From positions 521,339 to 585,338 of the forward strand of contig NZ_JAYSGI010000002.1 of assembly GCF_041912895.1 (NCBI RefSeq): 64,000 bases of DNA, given 5' to 3'. A model generated the notes under the pieces. It had not been told where the DNA came from. It worked only from the letters and a program-made list of their open reading frames with translations, and did not search any database. This DNA is from Pelagerythrobacter sp. (GTDB lineage: Bacteria > Pseudomonadota > Alphaproteobacteria > Sphingomonadales > Sphingomonadaceae). A program made the position numbers and the translations under genes. Every line of letters starts with the position of its first letter. The stretch's first letter is position 1. This document shows, piece by piece, positions 56,471-64,000 of the stretch.

Positions 56471-56976
56471 TCCGCCGTCTAGCCTCGCGCCTTGACCCGC
56501 GCACTGTGCTCGCCCTCGCTCTCGCGCTGCCGATCGCGGGGCTGGGGCTGAGCTGGGCGAGTTCGCACGCGGCGGCGCAGCGCGGTACCGAGTGGCATGT
56601 GCCGATCGCCGGCTACGACCCGCGCGACCTGCTGCGCGGCCACTACGTGATCTACCGCTACGAGTGGCCGGGGCTGGAGGGGCGCCGGACCAACCTCGCG
56701 CTCGAACCGGTGCTGTGCATCGAGGGGCAAGCTCCGCGCATCGAGCGCGTCCACCGGCCCGCGGGCAGGGACTGCGACACCTTCGTGCGTGCACGCAGCG
56801 GGTGGAACGATCCCGAAGGCGGGCTCGACCGGGGCAGGCTCTATGTCTCGCAGGCCCGCGCCGCTGAACTCCAGCGGCGCCTCGCCGACCCCGCGCTGCA
56901 GGGCGTGGTCCGCATCCGCGTGCGCGGCGACGGGCACATCACTCCGCTCGATATCGAATTCCGCCCGCGCCGCTAG
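56467..56976 (+). CDS. GDYXXLXY domain protein
   Basis: IAGYDPRDLLRGHYVIYRY; ATGA overlap with the DUF2157 gene. Confidence 0.88.
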   Translation: MIRRLASRLDPRTVLALALALPIAGLGLSWASSHAAAQRGTEWHVPIAGYDPRDLLRGHYVIYRYEWPGLEGRRTNLALEPVLCIEGQAPRIERVHRPAGRDCDTFVRARSGWNDPEGGLDRGRLYVSQARAAELQRRLADPALQGVVRIRVRGDGHITPLDIEFRPRR

Positions 56977-56984
56977 GGCCGGGT

Positions 56985-59327
56985 CTAGAGCGGGTTGCCG
57001 TCCCGGTCGCGATAGATGTCGCGGCGGCCGACGTGGTTGGCGGGGCCGACGAGACCCTCTTCCTCCATCTTCTCGATCCACTTGGCGGCGGTGTTGTAGC
57101 CCACGCCCATCTGGCGCTGGAGCCACGAGCCGCTCGCCTTCTGGTTCTCGAACACGATCTGGCAGGCCTGGCGGTACTTGCGCTCTTCCGGATTGTCGCT
57201 CGCGGTCAGTTCGTCGTCGAAGCTGAAGCCGCCGTCCTCGGGCTCCTCGGTCACGGCGTCGATGTATTCGGGCTTGCCCTGCCCGCGCCAGTGATCGGCC
57301 ACCGCCTCGACTTCCTCGTCGCTCACGAACGGGCCGTGGACGCGCACCATCGCGCCGCTGCTCGGCTTGTAGAGCATGTCGCCCTTGCCCAGCAGCTGCT
57401 CGGCGCCCTGTTCGCCCAGGATCGTGCGGCTGTCGATGCGGCTGGTGACGTGGAAGCTGATGCGGGTGGGCAGGTTCGCCTTGATGACGCCGGTGATGAC
57501 GTCGACCGAGGGGCGCTGCGTCGCCATGATCAGGTGGATACCGGCGGCGCGGCTCTTCTGGCTGAGGCGCTGGATCAGCACCTCGATCTCCTTGCCGACG
57601 GTGACCATGAGGTCGGCGAGCTCGTCGACGATCAGCACGATCTGCGGCAGCGGGGCGTAGTCGAGCTGTTCCTCCTCGAACAGCTCCTCGCCCGTCTCGG
57701 GATCGAACCCGGTCTGCACCCGGCGGCCCAGCGGCTTGCCCTTGGCGATGGCGGCCTTCACGCGCTCGTTGAACGAGTTGATGTTGCGCGAATTGATGGA
57801 GCTCATCATCCGGTAGCGCCGCTCCATCTCCTCGACCGCCCATTTCAGCGCACGGACCGACTTGTGCGGCTCGGTCACCACGGGGCTGAGCAGGTGGGGG
57901 ATATCGTCGTAGCTCTTGAGTTCCAGCACCTTGGGATCGATCAGGATCAGGCGGCATTCCTCGGGCGTGAAGCGGTAGAGCAGGCTCAGCAGGATGCAGT
58001 TGAGGCCCACCGACTTGCCCGATCCGGTGGTGCCCGCGACCAGCAGGTGCGGCATCGCGGCGAGATCGGCGACGATCGGTTCGCCCGCGATATCCTTGCC
58101 CAGGATCATCGGCAGGTTGCCCTTCGCGCCCGCGAAGGCCTCGCATGCGGCGAGTTCCTTGAACGCCACCGTCTGGCGGTGCGCGTTGGGCAGTTCGATG
58201 CCCATCACCGTCTTGCCCGGAATGGGCGAGACGCGGGCGCTGATCGCGCTCATGTTGCGGGCGATATCCTCGGCCAGGCCGACCACGCGGCTCGCCTTGA
58301 TGCCCGGCGCTGGCTCCAGCTCGTACATCGTCACCACCGGGCCGGTGCGCACGGCGGTGATCTCGCCCTTGACGTTGAAATCGTCGAGCACGGTTTCGAG
58401 CAGGCGCGCGTTGCGCTCGAGCGCTAGCTTGTCGAGCTTCGGCCCCTTGTCGACGGCCGGCTCGGCGAGGATATCGAGGCTCGGCAGCTCGTAGGCGGCG
58501 AACATGTCGCGCTGCTTGGCCGTGGCGGGTTCGGCGCGCTTGGGCGGGGCGGAGCGCTCGGCGATTTCGGGGCTGCGACGCGCGGGCGAAGGCGTCTCGT
58601 CCGTGTCCCCGTCATCCTCGGCGCGCGGCTTGCTCGCCTGCCGCCGCTGCTTGGGCAGGAAGGGGATATCGCGCTGCGGCAGCGAAGGCGCGCGTTTCAG
58701 GAACGCGGGCAACGTCAGCAGCATGCGCCAGTCGATCGCGAACACGCGGGTGACGAGCGCGACCCCGGCAGCGAGGCACGCGAGCGCGAGGCCGAGGATC
58801 GCCCAGCCCGAGATACCTTCGGGCAGACGCCCCGCCACCGCCTCGATCGCACCGGCACCGAGCAGGCCGACGATCCCGCCGAGCGAGGCCGGAACGCTCC
58901 ACCCCGGCCCGTCGAACGCCAGCGCGAGCACGGTCGAGAGGAGCACCATCGCCAGCAGCAGCAGGCCGACCGGCCGCAGCCAGTGGGTGTCGGTGTCGCG
59001 ATCCTCCTCCTCCACGTCGCGCCACAGCTTGCGCGCGCCGACGTAGAGCAGCGGCAGCAGCAGCACCGCGGTGAGGCCGAACACGAACAGCACGCGCTCC
59101 GCCGTCCACGCGCCGGTCGCGCCCATCCAGTTGCCGATGTCGCTGCCCGCCGCGGCGGTGGAGAGGCTCGGGTCGGTCTGGGTGTAGCTCGCCAGCGACA
59201 GGCCGAGGAACACCATCGCAGCGATCAGCACGCCCGCGCCCGCCATCTGCACGGCACGTCGCAGGCTGCGCCGCAGGGCGGCGCGCCAGTCTGTCGTCGG
59301 CGATTTTCCCGCCGCGCGGGTGGCCAT
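56985..59327 (-). CDS. ftsK: DNA translocase FtsK
   Basis: N-terminal TM domain; MPHLLVAGTTGSGKS, IVDELADLM, ATQRPSVDVITG, gamma domain LQRQMGVGYN. Confidence 0.97.
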   Translation of the reverse strand: MATRAAGKSPTTDWRAALRRSLRRAVQMAGAGVLIAAMVFLGLSLASYTQTDPSLSTAAAGSDIGNWMGATGAWTAERVLFVFGLTAVLLLPLLYVGARKLWRDVEEEDRDTDTHWLRPVGLLLLAMVLLSTVLALAFDGPGWSVPASLGGIVGLLGAGAIEAVAGRLPEGISGWAILGLALACLAAGVALVTRVFAIDWRMLLTLPAFLKRAPSLPQRDIPFLPKQRRQASKPRAEDDGDTDETPSPARRSPEIAERSAPPKRAEPATAKQRDMFAAYELPSLDILAEPAVDKGPKLDKLALERNARLLETVLDDFNVKGEITAVRTGPVVTMYELEPAPGIKASRVVGLAEDIARNMSAISARVSPIPGKTVMGIELPNAHRQTVAFKELAACEAFAGAKGNLPMILGKDIAGEPIVADLAAMPHLLVAGTTGSGKSVGLNCILLSLLYRFTPEECRLILIDPKVLELKSYDDIPHLLSPVVTEPHKSVRALKWAVEEMERRYRMMSSINSRNINSFNERVKAAIAKGKPLGRRVQTGFDPETGEELFEEEQLDYAPLPQIVLIVDELADLMVTVGKEIEVLIQRLSQKSRAAGIHLIMATQRPSVDVITGVIKANLPTRISFHVTSRIDSRTILGEQGAEQLLGKGDMLYKPSSGAMVRVHGPFVSDEEVEAVADHWRGQGKPEYIDAVTEEPEDGGFSFDDELTASDNPEERKYRQACQIVFENQKASGSWLQRQMGVGYNTAAKWIEKMEEEGLVGPANHVGRRDIYRDRDGNPL

Positions 59328-59331
59328 TGTT

Positions 59332-59346
59332 GTTCCCCTGCCGTTC
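59332..59346 (+). promoter_or_regulatory. LexA-type box overlapping the ftsK RBS
   Basis: GTTC-CCCTGCC-GTTC, 4 nt from the ATG. Confidence 0.5.
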
Positions 59347-59358
59347 CGTATCGCGCCA

Positions 59359-59409
59359 CCATGCGCCCGGCGGGACTCCCGCGTCAAGAATCCTGCGGCG
59401 GGGCGAGTC
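59359..59409 (-). promoter_or_regulatory. ftsK sigma70-like promoter with three GANTC sites
   Basis: TTGACG-N17-GCATGG; GACTC 59374, GAATC 59388, GAGTC 59405. Confidence 0.5.
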
Positions 59410-59423
59410 GAGGCGACAGGTTT

Positions 59424-59630
59424 TTTCGTGCCAAAGTGCCAAGGCGCGAAGGGCACCATTCGTGACGGTGCGCCGGTAATTTGTTCACCCGAAGACACGA
59501 AGATGTCCTGCTTGCGGCGCAGCCGCGTTCAGGTTTCCAGCGTCGCAATTCCTGGTGCGTCACTTCGTGACGCGAAACATCTTCGTGTCTTCGTGTGAGC
59601 CCCTTCGCGCCTTGGCGCCTTGGCGCGAAA
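59424..59630. repeat. Nested inverted-repeat (MITE-like) element
   Basis: Outer IR 59424-59453/59601-59630 (27/30); inner IR 59485-59506/59577-59598 (21/22); internal hairpin GCGTCAC-TTC-GTGACGC. Confidence 0.85.
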
Positions 59631-59632
59631 CT

Positions 59633-60169
59633 TTACGAAAGCCCGTCGATTGCGGCCCAGCGCGGCCAGTCCAGTTCCGCCGCCCGCTCCGCGGTCATGC
59701 CGCCGAGCGCGATTACTGGCATTAGCGCGCGGGAGGCGAGCGCGCGAAATCGCATCGCGCCGAGCGTCGGCGCATCGGGGTGCGAACGGGTGGGGAAGAC
59801 CGGCGAGAGCGCCACCGCATCGGCACCGATCGCGTTCGCCGCGTCGATCTCGCGCGCGTCGTGTGCGGTGGCGATCCGCCAGCGCCCCGCGCCGCCCGGC
59901 CCGATCCGCCGCGCCGGGCCGTAGAGCCCGTCCGCGCCCCACACGCGTGCCTCGCCCGCGCTGCCCGACAGCACCACGCGGTGTCCGCAGTCGCGCGCGA
60001 CAGCCGCCAGATCCTCGAACCGCGCGCGGCGCGCCTTGGGGTCGAGATGGTAGTGGCGAAAGACGAAGGCCGATCCGCGCGGCAGTGCGCGCAAGACGCG
60101 ATCGAGCGCGGCGTCGTTGCGCGCATCGGACAGCAGCCACAGTTGCGGGAGAGACTGACTTCGCGGCAT
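59633..60169 (-). CDS. Thiamine phosphate synthase (ThiE/TenI)-like protein
   Basis: LWLLSDAR, FVFRHYHL, ATAHD, LSPVFPTRSH, VIALGGM. Confidence 0.85.
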   Translation of the reverse strand: MPRSQSLPQLWLLSDARNDAALDRVLRALPRGSAFVFRHYHLDPKARRARFEDLAAVARDCGHRVVLSGSAGEARVWGADGLYGPARRIGPGGAGRWRIATAHDAREIDAANAIGADAVALSPVFPTRSHPDAPTLGAMRFRALASRALMPVIALGGMTAERAAELDWPRWAAIDGLS

Positions 60170-60191
60170 CGGGGCGCTATAGCGCGCCGCG

Positions 60192-60866
60192 ATGGAAAAC
60201 CCAGACACTCCGCTCGAACACGTCCAGATGATGATCGCGAAAGCGTGCAAGGTGGCGCGGCGCAATCCCGGCGAGCTCACGCTGATCGCGATCAGCAAGA
60301 TGCATCCCGCCGCGGCGATCGAACCGCTGCTGGCGGCGGGCCACCGCGTGTTCGGCGAGAACCGGGTGCAGGAGGCGCAGGAGAAATGGCCGCCGCTGCG
60401 CGAGGAGCATCCGGCGGTGCAGCTCCACCTCGTCGGCCGGCTGCAATCGAACAAGGCGGCGGACGCGGTCGCGCTGTTCGACTGCATCCATTCGCTCGAC
60501 CGGCCGAGCCTCGTGTCGGCGCTGGGCAAGGCGATGGACAAGGCGGACAGGCGCGTGCCGTGCTTCGTGCAGGTCGACGTGGGGGAGGAGCCGCAGAAGG
60601 GCGGCTGCCCGGTGGGCGAACTGCCCGCGCTGCTCTCCGCCGCGCGCAAGGCCGACATTCCGGTCGCTGGCCTGATGTGTATCCCGCCGCTCGAGATCGA
60701 ACCCGCGCCGTTCTTCGCGCTGCTCGACAAGCTGGCGCGCGACAACGGGCCAGATGACGGATCCTGGGGCCTGAGCATGGGGATGAGCGGCGACTACGAA
60801 ACGGCGATCATGCTCGGCGCGACCCATGTACGCGTCGGCACGGCGCTGTTCGGGAAGCGGGATTGA
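60192..60866 (+). CDS. yggS: PLP homeostasis protein (YggS family)
   Basis: LIAISKMH, FGENRVQEA, GRLQSNK, LSMGMSGDY, VRVGTALFG. Confidence 0.95.
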   Translation: MENPDTPLEHVQMMIAKACKVARRNPGELTLIAISKMHPAAAIEPLLAAGHRVFGENRVQEAQEKWPPLREEHPAVQLHLVGRLQSNKAADAVALFDCIHSLDRPSLVSALGKAMDKADRRVPCFVQVDVGEEPQKGGCPVGELPALLSAARKADIPVAGLMCIPPLEIEPAPFFALLDKLARDNGPDDGSWGLSMGMSGDYETAIMLGATHVRVGTALFGKRD

Positions 60867-60869
60867 AAC

Positions 60870-60898
60870 AAAAAGGGGCGCCCGAAAGCGCCCCTTCT
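60870..60898. terminator. Bidirectional intrinsic terminator
   Basis: AAAAGGGGCGC-CCGAAA-GCGCCCCTTCT between convergent genes. Confidence 0.82.
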
Positions 60899-60920
60899 CT
60901 AGCCTATATTGTGCGGCGGT

Positions 60921-63659
60921 TCAGAACTCGCCGCGCACCGTGATGCCGTAGGTCCGCGGTTCGGCGAGGTAGGCGGAGAACGTCTGCTGCTCGGCCACGA
61001 AGGGCGTGTTGAACGCGACCTGCGTGTAGTTCTTGTTGAACAGGTTCTGCACCCAGCCTTCGATCGCGAAGCGGTCGGCGATGTTCGTCACGCCGATGCG
61101 GCCGTTGACGACGACGAAGCTGTCCTGCTCCTTGCCGTAGAGCAGGTCGGAGCCGGTGTTGTAGTCGTCGGACAGGCGCGCGTTGACGAACACCAGGCCA
61201 CGCATCCCGCCCGGGCTCAGCTCGGGCGTCCACGACAGCGACGAGGTCGCGACCCATTCGGGCGCATTCGACATGTTGTCGCCCGGCAGCAGGCGCAGCG
61301 CCGGGTCGAGCGGGGTGCCGTTCTCGTTGCCGATCAGGTCGTTCTCGAAGCTCGTATCCGAATAGGTGATCCCCATCGTAATCCCGAAATCGCGCGTCGG
61401 GTTGAGCGAAGCCTCGATTTCCACGCCCTGCGCGACCACGCCGGGGGTTATGTTGTCGGGCGAGCAGGCGCCGGTAGCGGCGCTCGCGTCCTGGTCCGCG
61501 CCGTTCAGGGCGTCGGCGCAGGCGTTGATGTTCTGCACTAGGAAGACCGAGCCGTTGAACGTGTTGAGCTGGAAGTTGGAGAACTCCTGCCGGAACGCGG
61601 CGACGCTGAGGCCGAATTCGCGCGTCTGGTACTTGGCGCCGATTTCGTAGGCGTCCACCGTCTCCTCGTCGAACTGGAGATTGCCGACATTGATGGCGGC
61701 GGCGTTGAACAGCAGCGGGTTGGACAGCGCCGAACGGTCGAGGTTGAAGCCGCCCGCCTTGTAGCCGCGCGAATACGAACCGTAGAGCAGCAGGTCGTCG
61801 ATCGGTTTCCAGCTCAGGATCGCGGTGCCGGTGAACTCGTCCTCGTCGCGCGAATCGCTGAGCGAGACGCCGTCGATCTCGGACGTCGAGTTGCCCTGGC
61901 ACGACAGCGCGATGATGCCGCCCGCGAGCGGAGCCAGCGCCGGCACGCCGAGCAGGCCGCCGAGCAGTGCGCGGTTCTGCGGGCAGATCACGTTGTCATT
62001 GCCGAAGGTCGCGTCGAAATCCTTGGTTTCGTTGGTGTAACGAAGGCCGAGGGTCAGATCGACCGTGTCGGTGACGTGGAAGATGTTGTGCGTGAAGAGC
62101 GCGTAGTTGTTGCTCTCCTGCCGGTAGATGTCGTTCGTGCTGCCGAGGTCGTTGACCTGCGCGAGGTTGTCGAGCCCGGCGAAGATCAGCGGCGTTGCGG
62201 GGCCGAACGCGCCGGCACCGCCGTTGGCAGCGGCGAGGACCGCGCGGCCGCCCGCGCCGATGCAGCCGCTCGCCGAAGGATCGGCCAGCGCGGGGTTGAT
62301 CGCGTTGACCACGCGGCACGGGGCGAAGGCGCCGTAATCGTTGCCGAACCGCAGGTTGTCGCGCACGGTCAGCTTCTCGTTGGCGTAGAAGCCGCCCACC
62401 AGCCAGTCGAGCCGGTCGTCGAACAGGCTGCCCTGCAGGCGCAGTTCCTGGGTGAAGGTCTTGAACGCGCGCGCGCCGGCGAAATCGCCCGGTTCGCGGT
62501 AGAGGATGTCGACCTGCGTGTAGTCGGTGTCGGAACCTTGCGTGTTGGAATACTCGCGATAGCCGGTGATCGAGGTCAGCCGCGCGCCGCCCAGATCCCA
62601 GTTGAGCTCGCCCGAGACGCCGTAATCCTCGGTCTCGCCTTCGTAGCTGCGGCCCGGCGACACGTAGATGTCGCGGTTGAAGGTACCCTGGTTGAGCGCG
62701 CGCGGATTCTGGCCGAGCGCGAGGATGATCGGGATGATCGGGTTCGCCGTGCTGGTCAGCCCCGGGGTGGGCGAGCCGGGATAGTCGAACTTCGCTTCTG
62801 CCGAGACCGGCGGAATGTCGTCGCTGAGGCGCGCCAGCGGCGCGAAATCGGTTTGCACGAAGGTCGCCGCGCAGCATGCCTCGTCTTTCTTCGAATAGTC
62901 GCCGACGAGCCGGAAGCTGAGCGTGTCGCTCGGTTCGAACAGCAGCTGCCCGCGCACCAGATAGCGGTCGCGATTGTTCACGTCGGTGTCGTTGACGACG
63001 TCGTTGTAGAAGCCGTCGCGCTTGAAATAGATGCCGTCGACGCGCGCGGCTACCGTCTCGCCGATCGGCGCGTTGATCCCGCCCTCGACGCGGATCGCGT
63101 CGTAGTTGCCGTAGGTGAACGCGCCGTAGCCGGAGAATTCGAACTCGGGCGGAGCGGTATAGATGTTGATCAGGCCGGCGGAGGAATTGCGCCCGCCCAG
63201 CGTGCCTTGCGGACCGCGCAGGATTTCGATCCGGTCGATCGGGCCGAGCTCGCTGAGCGCGTTGCCCGAGCGCGAGCGGTAGACGCCGTCGACGAACACC
63301 GCGACCGAGCTTTCCAGGCCGGGGTTGTCGCCCACGGTGCCGATCCCGCGGATGCGCGCCGATCCGTTCGCTTCGTTGCCGGTGGAGGACACGAGCAGCG
63401 AAGGTGCGACCTGATTCAGTTCGCGAATGTCGTTGGTGCCGGATTTCTCGAGCAGTTCGCCGGTGACCGCCGAGACCGCGACCGGCACGTCCGCCAGCGA
63501 CTGCTCGCGGCCCTGCGCGGTGACGACGATGACCGTGCCGGTGTCTTCCGCCTCCGTCACGCTCGCGTCGTCGACGTCCTGCGCGAAAGCCATCTGCGGG
63601 AACAGCGCGATCCCTGCGCCTGCCAGCGCGAGTGCGCGAACGGATGCCATGCGGGTCAT
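60921..63659 (-). CDS. TonB-dependent receptor
   Basis: Signal peptide; IVVTAQGREQSLADVPVAVSAV, RIEILRGPQGTLGGRN, EPRTYGITVRGEF; GGAG RBS. Confidence 0.93.
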   Translation of the reverse strand: MTRMASVRALALAGAGIALFPQMAFAQDVDDASVTEAEDTGTVIVVTAQGREQSLADVPVAVSAVTGELLEKSGTNDIRELNQVAPSLLVSSTGNEANGSARIRGIGTVGDNPGLESSVAVFVDGVYRSRSGNALSELGPIDRIEILRGPQGTLGGRNSSAGLINIYTAPPEFEFSGYGAFTYGNYDAIRVEGGINAPIGETVAARVDGIYFKRDGFYNDVVNDTDVNNRDRYLVRGQLLFEPSDTLSFRLVGDYSKKDEACCAATFVQTDFAPLARLSDDIPPVSAEAKFDYPGSPTPGLTSTANPIIPIILALGQNPRALNQGTFNRDIYVSPGRSYEGETEDYGVSGELNWDLGGARLTSITGYREYSNTQGSDTDYTQVDILYREPGDFAGARAFKTFTQELRLQGSLFDDRLDWLVGGFYANEKLTVRDNLRFGNDYGAFAPCRVVNAINPALADPSASGCIGAGGRAVLAAANGGAGAFGPATPLIFAGLDNLAQVNDLGSTNDIYRQESNNYALFTHNIFHVTDTVDLTLGLRYTNETKDFDATFGNDNVICPQNRALLGGLLGVPALAPLAGGIIALSCQGNSTSEIDGVSLSDSRDEDEFTGTAILSWKPIDDLLLYGSYSRGYKAGGFNLDRSALSNPLLFNAAAINVGNLQFDEETVDAYEIGAKYQTREFGLSVAAFRQEFSNFQLNTFNGSVFLVQNINACADALNGADQDASAATGACSPDNITPGVVAQGVEIEASLNPTRDFGITMGITYSDTSFENDLIGNENGTPLDPALRLLPGDNMSNAPEWVATSSLSWTPELSPGGMRGLVFVNARLSDDYNTGSDLLYGKEQDSFVVVNGRIGVTNIADRFAIEGWVQNLFNKNYTQVAFNTPFVAEQQTFSAYLAEPRTYGITVRGEF

Positions 63660-63786
63660 TTCTCTCTCCTCACCATGCCGCGACGTGTCGGATGCCGTCG
63701 TGCTTGACGCTTTCGTTAACGTGAAGTGGCGCGCGATGAAACATCGTTTTCCACCAACGGCCGAAAACGACCGTTATGTGTTGCAT

Positions 63787-64000
63787 TCAGGCGTCTTCGA
63801 GCTCCGCCTGCCGCCGGTCGCTCGCCGCGTCGAGCAGCGCCGCCTCGATCGCCGAGAGGCGTTCCGGCGTGTCGATCTTCTCGCTCAGGAGGTCGGTGAC
63901 GTAGAACGTGTCCGCCGCGCGTTCGCCGTAGGCGGTGATGTGGGCGGAGTGCACGATCAACTGGCATTCGAACAGCGCGCGCGCCAGCCGGTTGAGCAGC
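63787..64000 (-). CDS. glnD: C-terminal ACT domain of [protein-PII] uridylyltransferase (partial, runs off the window)
   Basis: LLNRLARALF...SAHITAYGERAADTFYVTDLLSEKI. Confidence 0.9.
   Translation of the reverse strand, partial: LLNRLARALFECQLIVHSAHITAYGERAADTFYVTDLLSEKIDTPERLSAIEAALLDAASDRRQAELEDA

Noticed and set aside
63704-63720. TTGA-N8-TTAA upstream of the TonB receptor as a CtrA box
   Set aside because: Spacing is 8, not 7, and one half-site is mismatched
1-64000. Prophage, IS, integrase, CRISPR or recognisable anti-phage defence genes
   Set aside because: None found; the HerA-like ATPase is the solitary DUF853/YjgR type without a NurA or SIR2 partner, and Ku/LigD form a host NHEJ operon

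Overview
GC-rich chromosomal window from an alphaproteobacterium, most likely Sphingomonadales/Erythrobacteraceae (inferred from gene content, promoter motifs and repeat families). It holds about 60 densely packed genes, mostly housekeeping or metabolic: glpD, putA, dcd, folD, argB, recQ, ribA, xth, lolA, rpmG, arfB, pabB, ald, pstS, ku/ligD, ftsK, yggS, the 3' end of glnD, and tRNA-Gly(GCC). I found no prophage, IS, integrase or CRISPR array. Highlights: (1) a four-gene CoA-ester operon whose CoA-transferase resembles mesaconyl-CoA C1-C4 transferase (Mct), beside a mesaconyl-C4-CoA/itaconyl-CoA hydratase-like gene, a thiolase and an acyl-CoA dehydrogenase, suggesting an undescribed methylsuccinyl-CoA/C5-dicarboxylate route; (2) a candidate CtrA-linked c-di-GMP module: two tandem I-site-less diguanylate cyclases, a free-standing 50-aa FxGPDRR arginine-rich peptide and a secreted beta-helix protein, all behind CtrA-like TTAA-N7-TTAA boxes; (3) a ~140-bp palindromic repeat present once between genes and once in frame inside ligD; (4) a candidate sRNA between lolA and xth and a structured leader upstream of terC; (5) LexA boxes before a VOC/cupin pair and ftsK, a seven-unit Pho-box array, and a 28-bp palindrome before an SPFH/Arc-repressor operon. 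All family assignments come from motif recognition and recalled sequences; no database search was run.
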